Assembly: GCA_944320495.1 (NCBI GenBank)
Contig: CALUHR010000009.1
Span: 79,645 to 143,644 of the forward strand
Length of the DNA stretch: 64,000 nt
Direction: 5' to 3'
From: Candidatus Methanomethylophilaceae archaeon
Lineage (GTDB): Archaea; Thermoplasmatota; Thermoplasmata; Methanomassiliicoccales; Methanomethylophilaceae
Part shown: piece after piece, positions 29,622 through 38,713 of the stretch
How the letters are laid out: each line of letters starts with the position of its first letter
Numbering within the stretch: position 1 is the first letter of the stretch
Notes under the pieces: generated by a model
What the model was told of the DNA's origin: nothing
Databases searched by the model: none
What the model saw: the letters and a program-made list of their open reading frames with translations, nothing else
Position numbers and translations under genes: made by a program

Positions 29622-31156
29622 TGTCCGAGGAGAAGCAGTCAGTCGTAATGTTCGTGGGCGTGGACGTCGGCACCACCCAGACAGTGGTCAGGGTCATCGG
29701 TGCATACGACACCGAACCCCAGCAGGTCAATCTCACCGGAAGGACCGCCCCCATGGCTTCCGCCATCTACATCGCTCCCGACGGTACCATGCTCTACGGG
29801 GACCAGGCGAAGCGCAACGCGGTGACCCAGCCCGAGAGGGTCATCCAGCTCTTCAAGCAGTTCCTCAGGACGAACAAGAGCTGGGATATCGATGGCAAGA
29901 CATACACCCCTGCCGATGGGTACACGCTCATCATCCGCAAGGTCAGAGAGATCCTCGAGAGCATGTTCCCCGGTACGGATTTCCAGTTCGTCCCGACCGT
30001 ACCTGCCAACTACGGCACTCCCGAGAGGGTCAAGGTCACCGATGCCTGCACCGCCGCCGGCGTCAACGTGATCGCCCTGGTCAACGAGCCCACCGCCGCC
30101 GCGCTGTGGTACTTCAGGAACGACTCCAGGCTCATCGGCTCCACCATCGCAGTGGTGGATCTCGGCGGGGGGACCCTCGACATCACACTGATGAGGGCCG
30201 TCAACAACGACGGCCAGCTGGACTTCGAGGTCCTTGCTTCCAAGGGTGTCGAGAACCTCGGCGGCGAGAGGTGGACGGCCGACGGAGTCTACAGGCAGAT
30301 GCTCGAGAAGTACTGCGCAGAGGCCGGCGTGACACCCGAGGACGTCAAGGCCGACACCAGGTCCGACATGACCCTCAGGGCCCTGGCCGAGGAGTGCAAG
30401 ATCGAGCTCTCCCAGGGTTCTACGTCCACCGTCATCGTGCTCTCCATCAGGCCGGACGTCGCCGTGACCTTCGAGATGACCCAGCAGGAGTTCGACGAGA
30501 ACACCAGGGATCTGCTCGCCAACGTCCTGGAGACCCTCGGAAGGGCCATCGATTCCTCAAGGGAGCGCGACCCCAGCTTCGGACTGCCCGACAGCGTGAT
30601 CCTCGCAGGCGGTGCCTGCATGATGCCGCAGATCAGGAACGGCATCATCGAGGCATACCCGGAGCTGGAGGGGAGGGTGAGCGTCAAGGACCCCTTCGTG
30701 GCCATAGCGAGCGGGGCGGCCCTCTACGGGGCCCTGGGGCTCACCGTGAAGGACAGACTGACCAAGTCCTACGGATGCATCGCGCTTGACAACAGGACCG
30801 AGAAGGAGAAGGTCTACAACCACCTGAGGGCAGGGGACGAGATCCCCTCCAGCGTCGAGCGCAGGTACTACACCGTCGCCGACGGGCAGCTCGCCATCCT
30901 GGACCGCATCATCGAGAACGAGTGCGAGGGAGCGGTGCTCAGCCCCAACGCCAAGGGGGCCAGGTGCATCGGCAAGATGAGGCTCGAGCTGCCTCCGGGA
31001 CTCCCGAAGGGAACGCCCATCGACACCGTGTTCGACACCGACGATGGTGCCGTGCTCAGAGTGAGGAGCACCTGTGCGGGCAAGGAGGTCTCCACGACGC
31101 TGGAGATCTCGACGAAGCCGGTCAGCGAGAAGGCCGTCGACCCGTTCAGCATCTGA
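29621..31156 (+). CDS. Hsp70/DnaK-like paralog lacking the helical lid (511 aa)
   Basis: VGVDVGTT, VNEPTAAAL, DLGGGTLD, ILAGGACMMP; TGATG coupling to the GrpE-like gene. Confidence 0.88.
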   Translation: MSEEKQSVVMFVGVDVGTTQTVVRVIGAYDTEPQQVNLTGRTAPMASAIYIAPDGTMLYGDQAKRNAVTQPERVIQLFKQFLRTNKSWDIDGKTYTPADGYTLIIRKVREILESMFPGTDFQFVPTVPANYGTPERVKVTDACTAAGVNVIALVNEPTAAALWYFRNDSRLIGSTIAVVDLGGGTLDITLMRAVNNDGQLDFEVLASKGVENLGGERWTADGVYRQMLEKYCAEAGVTPEDVKADTRSDMTLRALAEECKIELSQGSTSTVIVLSIRPDVAVTFEMTQQEFDENTRDLLANVLETLGRAIDSSRERDPSFGLPDSVILAGGACMMPQIRNGIIEAYPELEGRVSVKDPFVAIASGAALYGALGLTVKDRLTKSYGCIALDNRTEKEKVYNHLRAGDEIPSSVERRYYTVADGQLAILDRIIENECEGAVLSPNAKGARCIGKMRLELPPGLPKGTPIDTVFDTDDGAVLRVRSTCAGKEVSTTLEISTKPVSEKAVDPFSI

Positions 31157-31165
31157 GCAAAAACC

Positions 31166-31194
31166 GACGGCCCCCATGACCTCCGGGGGCCGTC
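31166..31194. terminator. Hairpin after the DnaK paralog
   Basis: GACGGCCCCC-N9-GGGGGCCGTC 10-bp stem. Confidence 0.55.
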
Positions 31195-31207
31195 ATTCCC
31201 CGATACC

Positions 31208-31942
31208 ATGTTCTCCGTTCCCGAAGTGGTCGAACCATTCTACTGGGGGCGCCTCCGCTACACGTCCGAGAGGGAGGCGTACTCTCGCATAAGATCCGCC
31301 ATGATCGGAGGGTCCGCCTCCGTCGGGGTGGAGGACCTCCGTCTCACTACCGGGATGATGCTCGATGTGAGCGACGCCATCTATCTGGACGATCCCATGC
31401 TCTTCCACTGTCGCATAGACTCCTGGGATCTTATCGACGGGATGGCCACGGAGGTCTTCATCACCCAGCACTACACCGAGGCCGCGCGCGCATCGATGCG
31501 CAGGGCCATCGGGGATGCGCTCTCCGACGCCTACTACGGATGCCTGCGCGGGGCCCCCGACATCTTCACAGCAGAGAGGGCGGTCCTGAGATGGCTCAGG
31601 GGCAACGTCGTCTACGACATCAAGGAGGCCGATGACAGCATCCCTGAGCACGAGTATCGCTCCGTCGTAGGGGCGCTGGTGCACCGCAGGGGCGTGTGCT
31701 CATCGATCTCGATGGCCGCCTCGCTCATGCTGAACGCCTGCGGTTTCAGGACGATCTGCGTAGTCGGGACGTCCCAGGGGGAGGGACACATGTGGGATGC
31801 CATCAGAACGCCGTCCGGATGGCTGCATTCTGATTTCACCTTCGCCTTAGGCGCAGATGACGTCACATATCTGGACATGGACGACAGGTCCTGCGCCGTC
31901 GACCACGAGTTCGACATAGAGCTCCGGGATTACTGGGCGCGA
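31208..31942 (+). CDS. Transglutaminase-like domain protein
   Basis: Cys-His-Asp triad RGVCSS, GHMWD, HSDFT; ends ...DYWA-CGA (31940-31942); standard-code end 32230 lies inside the opposite ABC gene. Confidence 0.75.
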
Positions 31943-31979
31943 TCGGCGGGCTGGACGTCCGGTGATGGGCCGGGGGACC

Positions 31980-33806
31980 TCGGTCCCCCTCCTCGAACTG
32001 CGCGTCATGGAGGGTCCGGTAGTATCCGCCGAGCTCCAGCAGCTCCTCGTGCGTGCCGGATTCGACGATCTCCCCTCCCACCATCACCAGTATCCTGTCG
32101 GCGTTGCGGACGGTCGACAGTCTGTGAGCGATCACGAACGACGTCCTTCCGCCGGTCATCAGGTCCATCGCCTGCTGGATGCGCTTCTCGGTGCGGGTGT
32201 CCACGGAGCTCGTCGCCTCGTCCAGTATGACCATGGGGGCGTCCTTGACTATGGCACGGGCGATGGCGATCTGCTGCCTCTGCCCCACGGACAGGCCTCC
32301 CCCGGACCCTATCACGGTCTGATACCCGTCGGGGAGCGAGCGGATGTACTCATCGATCCCGACGGTCCTGCAAGCCTCCTCCACCCTCTCGGGCGTGGCC
32401 CCGGGGCTGGTGAACGCCACGTTGTCGTAGACTGTCCCGTCGAACACCCACGAGTCCTGGAGGACCATGGAGAACTGCTCCCTCACCTGGTCCCTCGACA
32501 GCGATGACGTGGGCACACCGTCTATGAGGATCTGCCCGGACCACGGGTCGTGGAACCTCATCAGCAGGTTGACCAGGGTGGTCTTCCCCGCTCCCGTGGG
32601 ACCGACGATGGCGATGGTCGATCCCGGCTCCACGGTCAGGTCCAGTCCGTGGATGACCTCCACGTCCGGACGGTATCCGAAATGGACATCCCTGAATTCG
32701 ACCCTGCCCTCGGCCCTGGAGAATCCCGGGAGCCTCGGGTCGTCCTCCATCTCCGGGAGGGCGAGGAACTCGAACACGCGTTCCGATGCGGACGCCACGG
32801 ACTGCATCCTGGCGATGACGTCCGCCAGCTCCGCGATCGGCTGGTTGAACTTCTTTATGTAGACGATGAAGGCCGCTATCACACCGTAGGTGGCCGACCC
32901 CTCGATGATGAGGACGGATCCTGCGACGCATACCATAACGTAGCCCAGGTTGCTGATGAAGTGCATCAGCTGGGGCATCATGGAGGTGATGACCCTCGCC
33001 CTGAACGACGAGCGGAACAGCTCCTCGTTGACCCCGTCGAACTCCGCGCGGCTGTTGTCCCAGTTGTCGTACGTCCTGACTATGTCATGGCCGTAGTAGA
33101 CCTCCTCCACTATGGCGTTGATCCTCCCGAGGTCCCTCTGCTGGGCCACGAAGAACCTCTGGGTGCGGTGCGTGACCACCCAGAGCGCAGCCATGCCGAA
33201 CAGCGTGGGGATCACCGCCACCAGCGCGAGTTGCCAGCTGGTGAGGAGCATCATCACGATGGCACCGATCATGGTGAAGACGGCGTTGATCGTGTTGGAG
33301 AAGCTCTCGGCCGAGCCGCTGCGGACCGTGTCCGTGTCATTGGTCATGCGGCTCATCAGGTCGCCGACCTGGTGCGACTCCAGATAGGAGAACGGCAGGC
33401 GGTAGAACTTGGACGACAGGTCCTTGCGCATCCGGTCTCCGACCCTCTCGGAGGCGGTGCCGATGATCCTCGACGCCGACGAGTCGAACAGGAAGCTCAG
33501 GCCGTAGATGGCCACCAGGATGATGCCCAGCGTCCCGACCCATCCCGTGTCCACGCGGCCGTGGTCCGGGTCCAGAATGGATGCGGAGATCTCGTCGGTC
33601 ATCATCTCCAGGAACTGTGGGCCAACCAGCGCCAGGAGCGTCCCGGCCAGCGTGCACGCCATGCCTAGCAGGACCGCGCGACGCTCCCTGCCCATGTACG
33701 CGAACAGGTTCGCCATCGCCTGTCCCAGGTCCTTGGGCTTGTCGGAACCGCGGGTCCATCTCGGGCCCTTGGGCTGCGTCCTTGCTCCGGGCTCGGTGCT
33801 CGACAT
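31980..33806 (-). CDS. ABC exporter subunit 2 (TMD+NBD, TM288/MdlB-like)
   Basis: Start MSSTEPG (33806), GPTGAGKT, LSVGQRQ, ILDEATSSVD, IAHRLST; ends HDAQFEEGD-CGA; standard-code end 31863. Confidence 0.92.
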
Positions 33807-35550
33807 CGAAGTCCTCCAGCTGGGAGTGTGCGATCTCGCGGTACAGCTCGCATGAGGCCATGAGCTCCGCGTGCCTTCCCCTGCCGACGACCCGCCCATG
33901 CTCCAGCACGACGATCTCGTCGGCGTCCAGTATCGTCCCGACCCTCTGGGCCACAATTATCTTGGTGGCGTCTGCGATCTCGCGGGACAGGGTCTCGCGG
34001 AGGTCCCTGTCGGTCTTCGAGTCGAGCGCCGAGAACGTGTCGTCGAACAGGTAGATCGGCGGGTCCTTGCAGACCGCCCTCGCGATGGAGAGCCTCTGCT
34101 TCTGCCCTCCCGACAGGTTCCAGCCGTGCTGGCTGACGTCAGAGCGTATGCCCTCGGGGAGACGGTCGGCCAGGTCACCGAGCTTGGCTATGCGCAGGGC
34201 GCGCTCCGCCTGCTCCTCGGTGCGCTCCGCGCCGCCGTAGCGTACGTTGTCCAGCAGGGAGCCTGAGAATACGACCGCGGTCTGGGGCACGTAGCCGATC
34301 ATGGAGCTCAGCTCGTCCACGCGGTAGTCCCGCACATCGCGTCCTCCTACGAACACGTGTCCGGAGGTGGCGTCGTAGAGCCTCGCCATCAACGAGACGA
34401 CGGTGGACTTCCCGCTGGCCGTCGGACCGATGATGGCCAGCGTTCCACCTCTGCGTACAGTGAACGATACGTCGTGGAGGACCTCGGCGTCGGTCCCCGG
34501 ATAGGTGAAGCTGACGTGCTCGAACCTCACCTCGCCAGGCTCGGTGGCGTCGGACGCCCCGAGGGCTCCGTCCCTCACGGCTGATTCGTGGGAGATGACG
34601 TCCTCGATCCTCCTGGAGGACACCATGACGTTGGGCAGCTGCCGGAGGATCCCGGTGGTCATCATCACTGCGGAGAGCACCTGGGTGGCGTAGGACGTGA
34701 ACACTATCATGTCCGAGAACAGCACCATCTGCTCCTCGGTGCTCCCGTAGGCCTGGTCGATGACGGCCGCCCCGACCCAGTAGATCGCCATGGTCAGGAA
34801 GTTCATCATCGCAGCCGAGAGGGGGTGCATATAGGACATCACCCTGGTGACCGCGACGGCGTTGTCCCTCAGGTGGTCGGAAGATTCCTCGAAGTCGCGG
34901 GTCTGATGCGCCTCGCCGTTGTAGGCGCGGATGGTGCGCATGCCCTCCAGCTCCTCGCGGGTCTCGGCGTTGACCTCGTCCACGAACCATTGCATCCTGC
35001 GGATGTAGGGTATCCCGCGGCTCAGGATGACCGCCATGCACACAAGGAGCACGACCATGGCGACGATGGTCACGGATGTCCACTGGAACGAGCTGCCCGC
35101 TATCTTCCATATGGCCCAGACAGCGATTATCGGCGCCTTGACGACCGATTGGATGGCGCGACCGACGAACTGCTGGAGATGGTAGACGTCGTTGGTCGAA
35201 CGGGTCACGAGGGATGCTACTGAGAACGAGTCCAGGTCTTCGCGGGACCACGATTCTATCCTTGAGAACTGCATCTTGCGGAGCGTCCTGCAGAGTGCGG
35301 ACGCGACGCGCGATGCGAGGGCGGCGGTGGCGACGGCCAGCACGAAGCTTATTAGCGCGCATGCGACCATGTCCACGCCGCATCCGGCGATCACGTCGGT
35401 GGCATCCCCTGCCTGGAGATGGTACGTGATCTCCGACATGTATTCGGGGATGCGGAGGTCCAGATACACCTGCCCCGTTATGAGGAGGATGCAGCAGGCC
35501 ACCATTCCCCAGTCTCTCTTACGCAGATACCTCAAAATCGCTCTGATCAC
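33793..35550 (-). CDS. ABC exporter subunit 1 (TMD+NBD, TM287/MdlA-like)
   Basis: GPTASGKS, LSGGQKQR, degenerate FDDTFSALD and AQRV; ends SQLEDFDVEH-CGA; standard-code end 33337. Confidence 0.92.
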
Positions 35551-35570
35551 CTTCCTTTTTTCTCGAAACG

Positions 35571-35587
35571 ATACCCCATAGGGGTAT
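35571..35587. promoter_or_regulatory. CsoR/RcnR-type palindrome ATACCCC-ATA-GGGGTAT
   Basis: Perfect 7-bp arms ~20 nt upstream of the ABC operon start. Confidence 0.5.
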
Positions 35588-35626
35588 GACTATTTTAGAT
35601 TGCGCTCGGACAGGCAGGCTGGTGGT

Positions 35627-36307
35627 TCAGATGGGTTTATCTCCCGAGGCCTCCAGAAGTTCGCGCTCCCATCTCTCGAGGAAGGAATCGGCCATGCGGA
35701 GGAGCTTCTTCAGGATGGGGATCTCGTATCCGGTCCTCTCCGCGAGCGCGTAGAAGCCGTCCGCGATCCAGGTTATCCGGACGTCCTCGCCGTCCTCAAC
35801 CTGGTCGGTCACCTCCCTCAGGACCGCGTCCCAGTCTATACGGGTCGCGCGGAGGATGGACTCGCAATCCGCCGCATCTCCCTCCCTCTCGGTTATAGAC
35901 TTGAAGATGAGGATGTCCTCCGGGGCGCAGGTGCAGAGCCTCAGACCGCCCTTCGAGAACCTCTCCACCGACCTTCCCGCCATCGCCTCGGAGAACCTGA
36001 GTTTCCCGCATACCCTGGATTCGAAGAGGTCGACCCTGTGGCCGTCGTCATCCTCCAGTATGGAGGACAGGTTCATCCTCCCGTATCCGTCGCCTGGACG
36101 TACCGAGCGGAACCCCATCCTCGTCAGCGCCCCGAAGATGGCGTCGTACTCCCGACGGCTCGTCACCACCATGTCCTTGGTGAAGAGCTTCCTCCCCAGG
36201 TACATCATGGACCCGCCGCCTATCATGTAGAGATCCACCGGACTCTCCAGGCTCTCTGAGAGACGGGTCATCAGCCCCTCCATCTCCCTCTTCTCCCTTA
36301 TCGTCAT
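35627..36307 (-). CDS. DUF6036-like nucleotidyltransferase
   Basis: LYMIGGGSM, TKD, RVDLF, PEDILIFKSITEREGDAADC; ATG 36307 (the track GTG extension contains CGA). Confidence 0.7.
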   Translation of the reverse strand: MTIREKREMEGLMTRLSESLESPVDLYMIGGGSMMYLGRKLFTKDMVVTSRREYDAIFGALTRMGFRSVRPGDGYGRMNLSSILEDDDGHRVDLFESRVCGKLRFSEAMAGRSVERFSKGGLRLCTCAPEDILIFKSITEREGDAADCESILRATRIDWDAVLREVTDQVEDGEDVRITWIADGFYALAERTGYEIPILKKLLRMADSFLERWERELLEASGDKPI

Positions 36308-36310
36308 GTC

Positions 36311-37160
36311 TCGTCCCACCCAGGCCGGGGATGCGACCGCAGAGGTCCTTCAGGCTAGGCCATCCCTCCACGTGTCCGCCCGCGAGTATGGACGACACCA
36401 TGGATTCGAACCCTCCGTCAGCGCGGACGGACTCCATGTTCCTTAGATAGAACATCAGGACGCCCATGCGCAGCATGTAATCGCATGTCTTTTCGGCTAT
36501 CAAGAGCGAATCTTTGAAGACGGTATCTATAGTTTGCGGTTCAGTATGCGATTTGTAATATGTAGTGTCAAGTCCGATGTCTACACCGTAGTCGTGGAAC
36601 AGGGAGAACGCCGCCCTCTGGGCGTCGAGTTCGGCGGGGTTGGAGTACAGGACCCCGTCCCTGTCCCTGCTGTATATGACGGATCCGACGGGCGCACGTG
36701 GGTCGTACACATCGGCGAGGTCCTCGAAGCTGTCAAGCATCCTTCTCAGCTCGGGCCAGAGCGAGTCGTTGATAACGAAGCCCCCGTCCCTTCTGCGTAC
36801 GACCCCCAAGGACCTGGCGTCGGAGATGCGTCTGTACGCTGTCGCGCGGGAGATTCCGAGGGCGTCGACGACATCCTCGGGGGTGCGGGGTTCGCGGAGG
36901 GTCATAAGGACGTCCATGCCGTGGCCTGACAGCACCGACGCCATCCCAGACGAGACTGACATGATGCGGGAGAGGCGGATTCCCGCGGCGCTAGGCACGA
37001 GGGTCATACCATCTGGCGAGAGGATGCCCTTCGCTCTGAGTCCCCTAATGGCTGAGTAGGCCGTCGCGCGTGACGATCCCATCTCCTCTGCGATGGAATC
37101 GGCGTCCGTTGTCCCGTTGGATATCGACCGGAGTGCAAGAAGCTCGGATTGTGTGAACAT
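36311..37160 (-). CDS. Tandem winged-helix protein, probably frameshifted at its 3' end
   Basis: Two HTHs (IAEEMGSSRATAYS, VVDALGISRATAYR); the reading frame runs into the next gene (track end 36048), natural end near 36311 needs a 1-nt shift. Confidence 0.6.
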
Positions 37161-37207
37161 ATCTCAAAATTCAATAATAATATTTGATTATTTTAGAATT
37201 ATGAGAT
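37161..37207. promoter_or_regulatory. Inverted repeat over the promoter of the wHTH gene
   Basis: ATCTCAAAATTC / GAATTATGAGAT arms (11/12 match) around an AT-rich core. Confidence 0.55.
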
Positions 37208-37283
37208 GAATTTGGTTGGTGGGATTGATGTAAGCACTGACCCAGCTGCAAAACGTCGTAATCCCGTAGGGGTGGGGAAAGGC

Positions 37284-37310
37284 GGCCAAGGGGAACCAGG
37301 CCCCTTGGCC
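37284..37310. terminator. Hairpin downstream of cbiA
   Basis: GGCCAAGGGG-N7-CCCCTTGGCC 10-bp stem. Confidence 0.55.
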
Positions 37311-37342
37311 AAGCAAGCTCATCAAAAATCGAATCCCGATTC

Positions 37343-38713
37343 TCGGTCGATCGTTCTCTCGCGTCCTCTGGAGTCCCTGTACTCGGCGCATCTCCTGAGG
37401 AACCCTAACGGAACCTCCGGGTTCGAGTAGTAGTACATGTGGGGGTACCCGGCGAGGAGCGTCCCGGTGTCGTTGATGCACCTGTACGTGGTCTCCCTCT
37501 TGGAGGCCTCCCAGTCGTCCCCGTTGGACTCGCTGTCCCAATAGTGGAACTCGTGCCCCTTGACGACCGGCCTGGACCCCATCATCCCGTCCTCGTCGAC
37601 GGGCTGCAGCGTCACATAGCCGAACCTGCAGAGCTTCCCCGTGTTCCAGGTCCTGCCGGGTATGGCGCCCACCATGTACCTCTCGACCCCGTCCCCGTCC
37701 TCCATCCTCTCGTGGAGGTACATGAACCCGCCGCATTCGGCGATGCATGGCATGCCCGAGGCAATCGCATCGCGGATGTCGTCCAGCATGGAGCGGTTGG
37801 ACTCCAGCTCCTCCCCGTGGAGCTCCGGGTACCCTCCGGAGAGGACGATGCCGTCCACGTCCGAGAGATGCTCGTCTTGCATGGGCGAGAACCTGACAAT
37901 CTCGGCGCCGCACCTCTCTAGCAGCTCGATGTTGTCCTCGTAGGTGAAGCAGAACGCGTCATCGTCGGCAAGGCCGATCCTCACCGTCCCGTCGACCCTC
38001 CCGACCGTGGGAGCGGAGTACTCCAGATTCGGCGCGGAGCGCGCCATCTCCAAGATGCCGTCGATGTCCACGGTCCTCTCCAGCTCCTGTCCGAGCCTCT
38101 TCAGCCTGTCCCTGAGCTCCTCCACTTCTCCGGGCAGGACCAGTCCGAGATGCCGGCTCTCCAGCACGAGGTCCTTCAGCTTCGGGACGTATCCGAGAGG
38201 TCTGATGCCCATCCTCTCGGCCTCCGGCGCCAGGGCCTCGTAGACCCTCTGGGACATCTGGTTGAAGATGACGCCGGAGATTCTGTTGGGGCGGAAGTCC
38301 TTGAATCCTTTCAGCACCGCGAGCGTGGAGAGGGACGCTCCCCTGGAGTTCACAATCAGGATGACCGGTATGTCCAGCTTCTCCGAGACGTCGTAGGAGC
38401 TGGCGTCGGTCCCTGTGAAGTCGACCCCGTCGTAGAATCCCATCACACCCTCGACCACGGAGACGTCGCATTGCTCCGCGGTCCGGCCGAATAGATATCT
38501 CAGCGTCCGGGCGTCGACGAAGTAGGCGTCCAGGTTCTTCGATCTGGCGCCGATAACGCGGGAGTGGAACATGGGGTCGATGTAGTCCGGACCGCATTTG
38601 AACGAGGCGACACTCAGTCCGCGGTCGACCAGGGCCTGCAGGAGGCCGCAGGTGATCAGAGTCTTCCCGCTGCCGCTGGCGGGCGCGGCGATCATGAACC
38701 TCGGAAGGCTCAT
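37343..38713 (-). CDS. cbiA: Cobyrinate a,c-diamide synthase
   Basis: SGSGKT, FKCGPDYIDPMFH, VEGVMGFYDG, GGYPE, AECGGFMYL, GHEFHY; first CGA at 37345-37343, TGA 7 codons later (37322). Confidence 0.92.

Larger units (their letters stand above)
19450..31942. mobile_element. Accessory genomic island (no integrase or att site found)
   Basis: More A/T third positions than flanking genes, especially 21.6-26.9 kb; LPD1, VirD4-like, Sel1 and chaperone paralogs; boundaries approximate. Confidence 0.55.

Noticed and set aside
19606-31989. GGGGACCTC-like matches near both island ends as att sites
   Set aside because: Only ~9-10 bp of GC-rich identity, with no integrase or tRNA target; likely chance.
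33799-33801. ABC1 stop loss by a TAG-to-GAG point mutation
   Set aside because: Possible in isolation, but an in-frame CGA lies two codons later and the same pattern recurs in ~20 genes, so independent stop losses are far less parsimonious.
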